Shown in pieces: positions 22,304-35,700 of a stretch of DNA of 64,000 nucleotides. Below the pieces are notes generated by a model. The model did no database searches. It had not been told where the DNA came from and was given only the letters and a program-made list of their open reading frames with translations. The translations under genes were made by a program, and so were the position numbers. Location of the stretch: NCBI GenBank assembly GCA_021613535.1, contig CP075494.1, positions 14,694,001 to 14,758,000 on the forward strand, in the 5' to 3' direction. Every line of letters starts with the position of its first letter. Position 1 is the stretch's first letter. This DNA is from Adineta vaga. Taxonomy: Eukaryota; Animalia; Rotifera.

Positions 22304-25300
22304 AGTTATAAAGATGGAACTATATGTTTGTCAAAGAAGTCAATCGTTGACACTTTTTTCTTTGTTATCAAAATCAGAAAAAACGAATGATATATGTAGC
22401 CATTGAAATTGGATATGATTGAAGAAGAAATATTGATGTATTTTTCTTTATGGATCAAAAATATTATGAAAATTGATCCAAGGACAATCATTGTTTGAAA
22501 AGTGCATCGTTGAAACGAATAATATAACTTACGTATGTATGTAGCATGGTGATAAGAGCATTATAACTATTAATATTGCTTAAAACAATTGATGTATGCA
22601 ATAATAAAATTGAATTTTATGATCGATTTCAAATCGGAAAGAAAGAAAAGATATCTCTCAAGAAAGAATTATGCAATAATATTTATTCTTGATAAATATA
22701 TCCTTAAATAGGAAGAAAAATATAAAGTACGAATAATACGAGTAAATTCGATAATCTCAATGGTGCTCAGTAAACTGTAGAAGTTATTTTGTGCAATGAA
22801 ATTTTAGGTATATTCAGTAAAGTATACTGAGAACCATAATTAAGAAGAAATAAACTAGAATCTTAGAAATATGTCTTTAATTCAGGAAAGAAGGCACAAA
22901 TATGCTGATATTGATATCATCTTCTTTTGTTCATATCTCTTGAGAATGTGGCTGTGATAAGTTAAGAAAGGCCAAATGAAATACGCAGGTCACTCTATAT
23001 GACTTTCATCCGATGTTATATGAACTGAAAGGTCATTAGATACTATTGATTGTGTACGAAAACTAAGTTTCTCAAACAGTGTTCAGTTGATCACTCATAC
23101 CAGCAACACTAACACCACCTAAAATAACATCTGTCTTAGTTACAGTTTTGCTTTTCACAAATTTGAGCAAAATGTTTAATGTATTTAATTGGAACTTCGT
23201 TTCTTGAAAGTATGTTTGTGAAGCTTGTGTTGTTTTAAGATTGAAGACGCAGATTACGGCCGCTGGACTTCTTAGTATTCTGCAGGAAACGACCGGAGAT
23301 TTTATTGAACAAATAAAAAATATTATGAAAACTAATCCAAGAGCAATCAATGTGTTTGAAAAGTATTAACAAATTATGAATAGTACATTTTGCAAAACAT
23401 CAATATCGATGTAGGATGATTAATGATATTAAATTAGAACGATTTGCAAAATCAACAGAAAATGTTGGCTGGTAGAGTATACAGCAGTATTCACGTATTG
23501 TTATGTCTGTTCCATCATCATCATTATCATTCCGAACAGAGTAAAAACAGATACAATGACAATTAAGGTTTACAGAGTTTCTATGTAATATATGACTCTC
23601 ATGACTAAGTCAGAATCGTGATCAATTTATCTTATAGATTTCCTGAACCAATTAAAATAAAGCAAACAATCATTAGTTATTGACATTAAAATCAACAATC
23701 ACGATGACATTTTCTTTCTAACTATATAGATTTCACCTGAAAGAAGTCGAAGTCATTTTTTTGCTATCGAAATCTATCTGCTATAATTATCTTCAATATA
23801 GACGACTATATAAGATCATCAATGACCTTTGGGAAACGAATCGTTCTTATTTCCTAATGAACAACCTATATCTTTATATATGAAACACATTGCTATTTAT
23901 TATCTAGAAAACTAGAGATAATTATTTTCAACGATGCAAATCGAGACATTAATGAGAGAGAAAAATTTTTGGTATTCAGACAATAACAAAGAAGAATTTC
24001 GATTCAAAGTCAGAATAAATTAAAAGACAAATTCATCTTTAGTTATCAATAAAGACATGTGTGATAATCTAAGTATTATGAAGAAAATCATGTCCAAATG
24101 TCGTCTGTCATCTATCCTTTGTCTTGTTTCTACCTCAAGGTTTCGCTACTGTTAACATAGTTATGTCTCTGGAAATCTTCATCATTATGAAAAAATAACT
24201 TGATCAAACAAGACAGAAACTACTAATATATCGATATATTTATCTCAAAAGGGATTTTCTTGTTTTATTATTATTAATATCTATTCTCTTGTCGCACAAA
24301 TGTACAGTTTGTCTCATATAAATATGTATTAGACGAAGAGACAGAAGGAAGAGAAAAAAAGAAAAGCAAATCGACATATACAGAGGTGAACAAATATCTA
24401 TTCGTGTCATTATTCATCTTATAGTGATCTATTTTACACGTATATATATTTCAAATTCAATTGGTAAGTGTTTTTAATCAAACTGTTGCATATTTGAAAT
24501 TTTTAAGTTAATCATTATTAGTGTACAAATAAGAAGAAATTTAACGCTGAACATATATTTTCGAGCGAGTAGATCGCTATTCGAATGATGATGACTATCA
24601 ACGAACATGACTATTTTCTATTTGAAAACAAATCGGAAGAAAAAGGTGTGAATTTTTGCTTGTTCTTTTATCGTAATAGAAAAACAAGCTGAGAATACGC
24701 AAGTCAACAATCAAATAGGAATGTGCGAGAATAAGACAATGAATTGAGTTGAGATGATATATAGATGAAATCAGATTAATATGTAAATGAGTATGTGAAC
24801 TTTTGTCTAATGTTATTCTTTCCTTGGAACTGAAGTTTTCTTTTCTATGTCGTAATGATGATCAAATGATTCTTTTCTTTTTCCTTTCCTTTTTTCCTAT
24901 TCATATTGTTAGAGAAATCGAATTTGTTTATTTTCATTTCAAGCACGTCTCTATTGGATTCAATGTTTTGAAGGTAAGTTAGTTCATGTATATTTTTATA
25001 TGTGATATCTACTCTAAATGATGTAGATATATCATTAAGTTATTCTTCGTTATGATAGATGTGTATGTCAAAAGAACAAACTTGAACAAAGATACACAAG
25101 AAAAAGGTGTTAACATTTTGTTGATTGTTCATGTATAAATTTCGGAAAAGATAAAAGAGTAAAATGCCGTGATAATCAAATAGAATTTGACGTAATCTTT
25201 CTAATATTATTCGTCTTTGTGTCTTTTTTTTGATGACGAATCTCAATGAAACAAAAGAGAAAATGACCGATCGATTCGATTAGTATGCAGTGCTAACCTT

Positions 25301-25455
25301 GACCAAATATACAATTGTTTGTTATATCTTTACCGCCCATATTCAGTTGACGATCGGCATCTGTCTTTATATGATCGATGTATATCAGATTAGAAAGAAC
25401 AGCTTGTTCATATCATATCATATCATATCGTATCTTTTATTTCTTTGTAGAATAA

Positions 25456-26978
25456 ATGATGATTAGAATTACTCTTTTGTATGTATTGTTTTACTCATGT
25501 CAAATGATCGATGGGAAGATTAAACATAATCTATGGTGGTAAGTTAACTACATGTATGAAGATGAAATTGATCAATGGACACAACATTTTTTTTCTTTCC
25601 TAGGAATATTGGTCTTGAAGGACAAAATGAAAATCTTTTATCAACATATTCATTTTTAAATTCAGCAAATCGATACCAAATCAATGAAGATTCATCACAA
25701 TATTGTCAATCAACATTGAAAAGTTTAACAACTGGACAAAAACAAATTTGTTTATTACATGCTGATCATATGCCCATTGTTATTCAAGGTAGTTTTAGTT
25801 TCACAAAAACTTTTCATCTTATTCTCTTTTGAATCATAGGTGCAAGTAAAAGTATTGAAGAATGTCAATATCAATTTCAAGATCGTCATTGGAATTGTTC
25901 AACTACACGAGATGGAAGTGTATTCGGACCTGTCGCTGATCATGGTAAATCCTTCAATTTCTAATGCCAATTATTTTATCATCTATTTTTAATAGCTAAT
26001 CGAGAAACAGCACTCACGCATGCTATGTTTTCAGCTGGTATTACATATGCTGTTAGTCGAGCATGTAAACAAGGTTTTCTCAAATCTTGTTCATGTAGTC
26101 GAACAATTCGACCGAAGAATTTACCACGAGAATGGTCATGGGGAGGGTTAGTTCTACGAGATTTTGTTTTTTCTTTCGAAATGTTCTATATTTGAAATAG
26201 ATGTGGTGATAATATCGATTATGGTTATCGATTTAGTCGAGATTTTGTTGATACACCAGAAAAAGAAGTTGATTCAGGAGTGTCCTATAATCCAATTTTG
26301 AGTGTAAATCAAACAAATTATACAGGAAGAAGACAAAAAATATTACGACGTGGAAAAATACGACGTCAAATGAATATACATAATAATGAAGTGGGAAGAA
26401 GAGTAAGATTTCGAGAAATCAATGAGTTCTTTATTTTTTATTGAAATTATAATATTTCAGGCTGTTTATCGATTAACCAAAGTTGTTTGTAAATGTCATG
26501 GTGTTAGTGGGTCCTGCAGGTAGGGAATTTTGTAATAATCAGAAGAAAAAAAATGAATGAATACTTGTATGTTTTTAGTCTTCGAACATGTTATCAACAA
26601 TTACCAACCTTTCGTGAAGTAGCTGCTTATTTAAAAGAAAAATATGATAGTGCAGTTGAAGTACGCTATCAACGACGTTTAGGAGAATTACGTTCACGTG
26701 ATCGTCGTTTCGTTGGACCAACCAAAGATGATTTAATCTATTTTGAAGAATCAAATTTTTGTGAATATAATCCTCGAATTGGTTCATTAGGTACAAAAGA
26801 TCGTTCATGTAATCGAACGAGCCATGGACCTGATGGTTGTGCAACAATGTGTTGTGGACGAGGTTATAATACAATACGAAAATATATTCAAGAAACATGC
26901 AATTGTAAATTTGTTTGGTGTTGTTCTGTACATTGTGAAACATGTCATAAACTTATTGAAATTCATGTGTGCAAATAG
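25456..26978 (+). CDS. WNT5: Wnt ligand, Wnt5 subfamily (7 coding exons)
   Basis: Signal peptide, [46 protein letters not shown] (Wnt5-like), [10 protein letters not shown] lipidation motif and a Cys-rich C-terminus CCGRGY...CKFVWCC. Confidence 0.9.
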
Positions 26979-29462
26979 ATTTTTTTTGGCAGATGTTTTA
27001 GTTATAAGTGTGACTTTCGTTTTCTGTGTTTGTTATTATGATTATTTTAATATATAAAAATTTTCGAATTGATTGATTGAGATGTAATTACCCAATGATA
27101 AACATTATTCTTAACTCTTTGCTTTGTCTCAGTATCTATGATAATAGTTTTTTCTTTGATTCTCTCTCTCTTGATTGTTACTTTTTTCGTTTGTCAAAAG
27201 TGATATTTTATCTCGACATTCTGATGTTTATTTTTCATATCCATAGGAGGAACATAACAACTATAGTATAAACTGTTTCAAGTAGAAAGTATCTTTCACA
27301 GATAAATATCTGTCAACTCCATAGGGAGTAATAAACTTTCTTATAAGGAGACATATATATCTTCGCGTCTTTCTTCGCTACTATATTTTAACTATTTTTG
27401 CATTGATTATGTTACAAGAAAATCAAGCGGAATGTGTGAGATTTAATCAATTATGACAATAGAGAATGATGAACATTATCATCGGAATGTTGATATACAA
27501 TCGAGTTGAAGATTGCATGTTGTTATATATTTCTATCAATAACTATGGTATTGAATAATATATTAGCGATCTAATAACTATCAATGTTGTAGAAATCTTT
27601 TATCATTGATAAATGAAACTGAACAATATCCAGAGATATTCGTGTGTTTCTACCGAGTAATAATAGTCTGAAATAAGAATAATATCGAACAACTAGCAGT
27701 GTGATGGTAATCATCATTGTATACCGACACTTAGATGCTTCATTAACAGTCTTGTCAATGACGCGTATAGCTAAAAATGAGATGACATATGAAGCTGTCT
27801 TTCTATGCTATATGCACTCTATTAATACTGCACTTCGATTAATATCGATGATCATACGTTATCATTTACTGTGCATTACGTTTTCTCATAATTGATTAAA
27901 TAATTCACTAATTCTAATATATTCATTAGAAGTGTCTTGAATGAATAATCTCAATCGATTGAATGCAAAAGAAAACATGAATTACAAAGAGCGAGTCATT
28001 AACCTTTACTTGTCGATCAGGCGTCTATGAAAACATTGCCATGCATTAAGAACAAATCATGTAACTTTAGGATAAATTTTCATTTATATCTATTAAAAAA
28101 ACATATCTAATTATATTCTATATAAATACAAATATAATAACATACGGTTTTCTTTCTAACTGCAACTCATCTGACGAATGGTCTAATGCTTGTATCGATA
28201 ATAATGTTGATAACAGATGACAATGATCGGCGAGCATGGCTATTTAACGATAAACATTCTTCTATGCTAGTCTAACAATCATCGTCTGCTTTTGTAATCA
28301 TGTTAATAAAGAATACTGATCAATAGATCATACTAGCTCAAATATAACATATGGAAAACAAGTGCAGTCTAGATTAGATTATCCATTTTCATATAAAACT
28401 GTTAATTCGCTAGGAAATTTCATAATAAAAACCGATATTGTCATTGCGTATTTTACATATCTGACAAATAATATTTTTGTTCTATTAATGATACTGATCG
28501 TCATTAATTCTTTTGGCATATATGCTACATAAAGAATAACTTCACAGCAGGCGTACGATAACGTTACAGAGAAGAAATTATTTTCTCGAGTACTAGGAAT
28601 AATGTCTTGCAAAATCAAAATTATGTTTTTTTTGACAAATTATATAATTGTTGAAAGGCAAATATTTGTATTCGTGGTACAACTGCTATATGACATGATA
28701 GATTAGCAACTGTACACAAATAACTAATATTACTTGATTAAATTAGACAAAGATTGTCAAACAACTAAGAAATCAATCGATAGAATATATTAATAATCGA
28801 TTCACTATTTCTACTCTCTATCAATGCCTTAAGAAGTGATTCCATAAATAAACTTTAGTTATGTTTGAGAACACTTTTATACAAGGAGATATTCAATGTT
28901 CTACAGATTTGTTCTCTTGATCAACGGTTGTTTTGTTTATTTATAAAGAAGATAAATTAGGTTTATGCTTTAGATTTATTTCTTATTTCAAGGCTGGATA
29001 TATCTATGATTCATATGATGAAAGAAAATAAGTCATATCAATAATAGATATTCCTTTCTTAATCGAACTAAACAAACTGGTAGCATTGCATTTACATGCA
29101 TCTAATAATGGATCATTGGAAACAGATAGATATGTAATCATTCTCTTCTGTTCGCATCTTTGCTTATACTATATCGATGTACAATGTATATACACATAGA
29201 GCAAAGACAACATTAGAGATGAGAGACACCCGTAGAATTTTTCCGTTACATGTAATATGCACTTCCATAAATATCTGTCAGTGAATCTTTTCTCTCTTTC
29301 TCTCTCTCTCTCTCATGCGTCTAGCTCAATATCCTAACGGCACGTACACGTAGTTTAGAAGTTATTGCTACCAGTGGTCGTTGACAGATTGCAGAGAGCG
29401 AGGGAGGAAGAGAGAGAGAGAGAAAGCAGAAGTGAATATTATGGTTCGTCCGAGAATATTTA

Positions 29463-29665
29463 CCAATTTTGGAGATATTCCCGTTTTGATTCGACCAACC
29501 ACCGCTAGAATTTAGCTATAATCAGTTATCTGCAGAGAGAGAAAATGGAACATGAGAGAAGAAGTTAGATCTTTTTCTTGTCGACACTCTTTTTTTTCTC
29601 TTAGACGACAAAAAAAACCCAAAGAGTATATATAACTGAAATAGTTATTATTCAATCTGTCAGTT
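29463..29665 (+). promoter_or_regulatory. Putative muscle promoter of the myosin gene: CArG box, TATA, Inr
   Basis: CCAATTTTGG (CC[A/T]6GG) at 29463-29472, TATATATAA at 29627-29635 and TCAGTT at 29660-29665 about 30 bp downstream. A non-coding exon follows, with a GT donor at 29713. Confidence 0.55.
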
Positions 29666-29791
29666 GTTTAACATAGAATACGACTAGACGAGCGCATTTC
29701 ATTCATTATCAGGTATAGATAAGTAATACTAGAGATATTTTCATCGAAGAAATTTGTGATTCTAGATTTTATTGTATTGAATTAATCAATT

Positions 29792-32700
29792 ATGTCGATC
29801 GAAGGGTAACGAATTAAGCAATATAGATATCCTGAACAATAAACAACTTTTTCTTTCTCATAGTGTTATATACGATCCTAATGATCCGGAATTGAAAGAG
29901 TCAATGAAATATTTGGCTCTTCCAACAGAAGAACGTATTAAACTTCAAGCTCAACCTTTTGATGGAAAAAAGCAATGTTGGATTCCTGATGCCAAGGAAT
30001 CATTCGTTGCTGCTGAAATTACTGCAACAAACGGTGAAGAAGTAACAGCAAAAACGGAAAAAGGCGATGTTTGTATTATCTTATGCAAAAACTTTGAAAT
30101 ATATCTTGAGTGGGAATTTTTTAGAGTGTAACATTGAAAAAGGATGATGTACAACAAATGAATCCACCAAAATTCACTTGTTGTGATGATATGGCTAATT
30201 TAACTTATTTAAATGATGCTTCTGTCTTGCATAATTTACGTGATCGTTATCAACGATGGCTTATCTATGTAACAAAAACGATAATTTGATTTTCACCTAC
30301 GTATTTATCTTTTCATTTTAGACTTATTCAGGTTTATTTTGTGTCGCTATCAATCCATACAAACGTTTACCAATCTATACGATAAAGGTAGTTCTTACGT
30401 ATCGAGGAAAGAAACGTACGGAAGTTCCACCACATTTATATGCAATATCTGACAATGCATATTCGAATATGCTTCGTGGTAAGTAAGAAAAGATTGATTT
30501 CTAATCTAAACATCGTTTTTTTTCTTGCTATCGGAATGTTCATCATTATACACCCTCATGTATATACACAGATAATCATAAGACCATATGAAATAACAGA
30601 AAAATTTATTGACATTTTCTTTGATTACAACGTCGTAAAGATATATTCTTTGACGACTTCGTTTATATAGAATGTGTAAGAAGTAGAAACAGAGAAGTTA
30701 TTCGCTATCAATTAATAATAACGTCAAAAAGAAAGAGCGAACATGAGAAAACGACATTCCTCAAATGATCAAGTATACAACTGTTTCTCTCACTTCTCCG
30801 AAAGAAGTAATCAGAAGTGCTCAGACGTTATCTGTTATTTGGAAAGAAGACAAACTAATTATCATAAAGATCAATATTGTAAAGGAAATATCTAAGCAAA
30901 CTATTTGATTGATTATATAATTAAAATGAAAAGAAAAACAGAATTGATATGAAATGCCCTTTTGTTTAGATCGAGAAAATCAATCAATGTTAATTACAGG
31001 AGAATCAGGTGCTGGCAAAACAGAAAATACGAAAAAAGTCATTCAATATTTTGCATTGGTTGCTGCTGCAAGTGCAAAAAAAGAAGAAGGCAAGGTAATG
31101 TATAGAAAGATACTGTCATGATTAATTTCATCGAATATATTTTTTCTCATCTCATTACAATCAATCTCATTTATTTTAAAGAAAACTATGACTCTCGAAG
31201 ATCAAATTGTCTCAGCTAGTAAGTGTGAGCCTATTCTAATCGATGGAATAGTAATCAAATATAGATTCGAAATAATCTATTTTTCACAAATAATTAGATC
31301 CCGTACTTGAGGCTTATGGTAACGCAAAAACAACGAGAAACAATAATTCTTCTCGATTTGTAAGTTGCAATTCATAGTAGAATTGCAGCATTTCGATTTG
31401 TTTGACACATAAACACCGATCCCTCAATTGATTTGTTATACCTTTTGAATTCTATCCTTGAACACAATCACACCTTCAACCAAACACGCATGCACACCTT
31501 GTTGTTTCCTCCTCGTAGAAAACCATGACCCTTGAAGATCAAATTGTTCAATCCAACCCTGTACTCGAAGCGTTTGGTAATGCTAAAACGTCTCGAAATA
31601 ATAATTCCTCTCGATTCGTAAGTTATAATATCGAGAATTATTTGCATGCTTGATTTGAATTGGATTGCCTGATGCATGTTTGATTTTCCCTCAAGCAAGT
31701 CTTTTGTCTCAAATCTATCTATTTTCTTAGGGTAAATTTATTCGTATTCATTTCGGCAATTCAGGAAAAATTGCTGGTGCTGATATAGAAGTTTATTTAC
31801 TTGAAAAAGCTCGTGTTATCTTTCAAGTATGTAGCATAAAAAAAATTGTATTTTTAAGAATCAACTAACTTTCTATGATCTTTATTTTAGCAACCAGGTA
31901 TTGAATTGAAATTTCATTTAAATTACAATCAGCATTCTTTATTTGTAGCGGAACGCAATTATCATATTTTCTATCAATTGTGTTCTAATGCTTTTCCTGA
32001 ATATCACAGTAAGATTTTTACGAAAGAGTTAAATTTGACATCTTAGTTGTTCTTTGCCAGAGGAATGTCTTATCGAAGGTGATCCAGGCAAATATCATTA
32101 TGTTGCACAGGGCATGCTTACAATTGATAATGTTGATGATGCTGAAGAAATGAGAACTACGGATGAAGCTTTTGATGTTCTTGGTTTTACAAAAGTTTGT
32201 TTTGAAACGATAATCATCGTTATGTAAATAAGATTTGTATAATAGGAAGAAAAATTGAATATGTACAAAGGTACAGCAGCTATAATGCATTTTGGTAATT
32301 CTCAATGGAAACAACGACCACGAGAAGAACAAGCAGAAGCTGAAGGAACAGAAGAATGTGAAAAAGTTGCACATCTTCTTGGTGTTGAAGCAGCAGAATT
32401 AATCAAAGGTTTACTTAAACCACGTATTAAGGTAAAGTATCACTTTCTTCGTTTCTCAGTTCTAAAACTTCTGTTCTCATTTAGGTCGGTAACGAATATG
32501 TTAGCAAAGGTCAAAATAAAGATCAAGTTGTTAATTCAATTGGTGCTCTTTCAAAATCCGTATGCGAAAGAAGATTTCTTGATTCAATTGAATTTTTTCT
32601 TTTCTGTCTGTAGATCTATTCACGTATGTTCAATTGGTTAGTCGAACGTGTCAATGTAACGCTCGATGTCAAAGCTAAACGACAATATTTTATTGGTGTA

Positions 32701-35700
32701 CTCGATATTGCTGGTTTCGAAATTTTTGATGTAAGAAAAGAACTTGTTGAATTTTAATGATTAAATTTTCAAAATGAAAATTTTAGTACAATGGTTTCGA
32801 ACAATTGTGTATTAATTATACAAATGAACGTCTTCAACAATTCTTCAATCATCATATGTTCGTCTTAGAACAAGAAGAATATAAGAAAGAAGGCATTCAA
32901 TGGGAATTTATTGATTTTGGTATGGACTTACAAGCTTGTATTGATCTTATCGAAAAAGTAAGAAATCAATTTTGTAAATATTCTTATTTGATTTTGATGC
33001 AATTTGTAGCCTATGGGTATTTTATCCATTCTCGAAGAAGAATGTATTGTCCCTAAAGCAACAGATAAAACATTTGTTGAAAAACTTTACAATAATCATT
33101 TGGGTAAACATCCACAATTTGGTAAACCAAAACCATCCAAAGGCAAAGCTGAAGCACATTTTGAAATTCATCATTATGCTGGTTCAGTACCATATACTGC
33201 AACAGGTTGGCTCGAAAAAAACAAAGATCCTATCAATACTACTGTGTAAGTTATTGTAAGATCAATTGAGTCTTTTTTTTGCTTATGATTTTGTTTTCAG
33301 TGCTACTCTTTTCGGAAAATCGAAGAATGTTATGTTAAATCATCTCTATGCGGATGCTATTGAAGACGAAAGTAGTAGTAAAAGTAGTGGCAAAAAGAAA
33401 GGTGGCAGTATGCAAACAATATCTGCTACACATCGGGTAAGCAGAATTTCATGTCAAAAAATCATCGAATATTTGTTATGTTTTGTTTTTTTTAGGAACA
33501 ATTGAACAAATTGATGACTAATTTGAAACAAACACATCCTCATTTTGTTCGTTGTATTATTCCTAATGAAATTAAAACAGGAGGTGTTCTTGATTCTCAT
33601 TTGGTTCTTCATCAACTTCATTGTAATGGTGTACTTGAAGGCATTCGTATATGTCGTAAAGGTTTTCCTAATCGTATGATTTATTCGGAATTTAAACAAC
33701 GTTATTCGATTTTGGCACCAAATGCTATTCCAAAAGGTTTTGTCGATGCAAAGAAAGCAACGGAAAATATTCTCAAAGATTGCCAATTATCTGATGAATT
33801 ATATCGATTAGGTACAACAAAAGTTTTCTTTAAAGCAGGTGTCTTAGGTCAAATGGAAGACATGCGTGATCAAGCTTTATCGAAAATTATTGCGACATTA
33901 CAAGCACAAGTTCGTGGTTATATTATGAAGAAAGAATACAAGAAAATGTTAGAAAAACGTGTTGCTCTATCGATTTTACAACGTAATTGTCGTAAATATT
34001 TATCATTACGTAATTGGCCATGGTGGAAATTATATACTAAAGTTAAACCTTTATTATCGGTTGCAAGACAAGAAGAAGAAATGAAAAAACTCGAAGATGA
34101 ATATAAAGCATTAAAAGAAGCATTTGAAAAAGAAGAAAAATTACGCAAAACTATTGAAGAAAATAGTGCGAAATTAATCAAAGGTTTGTTTCGTTCATGA
34201 ATGAAACATTTTCAATTTGAAATTTGTTTCTTTATTTAGAAAAAAATGATATGTATTTACAATTGGAAGCTGAACGTGCAAATACGTCTGGAGCTGAAGA
34301 ACGTCTTGCACGTTTAGTAACACAAAAAGCCGATCTTGAACAACAAATCAAAGATATGGACGAACGTATTGGTGAAGAAGAAGATGCAACAGCTGAAGCA
34401 AATGCGAAACGTAAAAAACTTGAACATGATATTGATGGTTTAAAGAAAGATATTGATGATATGCGACTGAATTTACAAAAAGCTGAAAATGAATGTAAAA
34501 CACGTGATAATCAAATTCATACATTACAAGATGAAATGGCTCGTCAAGATGAAACAATTGCTAAAATAACTCGTGAACGTAAACGTCTCGAAGAACAAAA
34601 TACGAAAACAACGGAACAATTACAAGCTGAAGAAGATAAAGTTAATCATTTAAATAAATTAAAAACAAAACTTGAACAAACACTTGATGAATTAGAAGAT
34701 AGTTTAGAACGCGAGAAAAAAGGTCGTGTTGATTTAGATAAATCGAAACGTAAATTAGAAACTGATGTTAAATCTTTACAAGCAAGTTTAGATGAATTGG
34801 AACGAGCCAAACGTGAATTAGAAGAAGCTGTTAAACGTAAAGATCAAGAAATTCAACAAATGGGCGGACGTCTTGAAGATGAACAAGGACAAGCCACAGG
34901 TCTTGGGAAGAAAATCAAAGAATTACAAGCACGTATTGAAGAACTTGAAGAAGAAGCTGAAAATGAACGACAAGGACGATCGAAAACAGAAAAACAACGT
35001 GCTGATTTAGCACGTGAAATTGATGAAATGAATGATCGATTAGAAGAAGCAGGTGGAGCAACATCAACACAAGTTGAAATGAATAAAAAACGTGAAGGTG
35101 AATTAGCTAAACTTCGACGAGATTTAGAAGAAGCTAATCTTCAACATGAAGCTACTGCTGCACAATTACGAAAGAAACATCAAGATGCTGTCAATGAAAT
35201 GGGTGAACAAATTGATCAATTACAAAAATTAAAGAATAAATTAGAAAAAGAAAAACAATCTGCGAAATCTGAAGTTGAAGATTTACGTTCTCAAGTTGAT
35301 CATTTTCAAAAGGGTAAAATAGCTGCTGAAAAACTTTCCAAACAACTTGAACAACAATTAAATGACATTCAAATTAAACTTGAAGATAGTTATAAACAAA
35401 TTAATGATTTCAATCTTCATAAATCAAAATTAATTAATGAAAATTCAGATTTAATAAAACATGTCGAAGATATTGAACATCAAGTTAGTATCTTACAAAA
35501 ATCAAAAGTAGTCTTACAACAACAAGTAGATGAAGCAAAACGTGCTTTAGATGATGAAACACGTGGTAAAGGTTCAGTTCGTAAGTTTATCAAAGTAGTT
35601 TTTAATTTTTGAAAAGAAAAATGTATTTACGATGTTTGTCTTAGATTCACAAATACGTAATCTAACGGCTGATCTCGATCAAACACGTGAACAACTTGAA

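Noticed and set aside
23072-23350. 92-aa minus-strand ORF with an NHL-like GGVSVAG patch
   Set aside because: It starts inside the duplicated promoter block and the similarity is too short to support.
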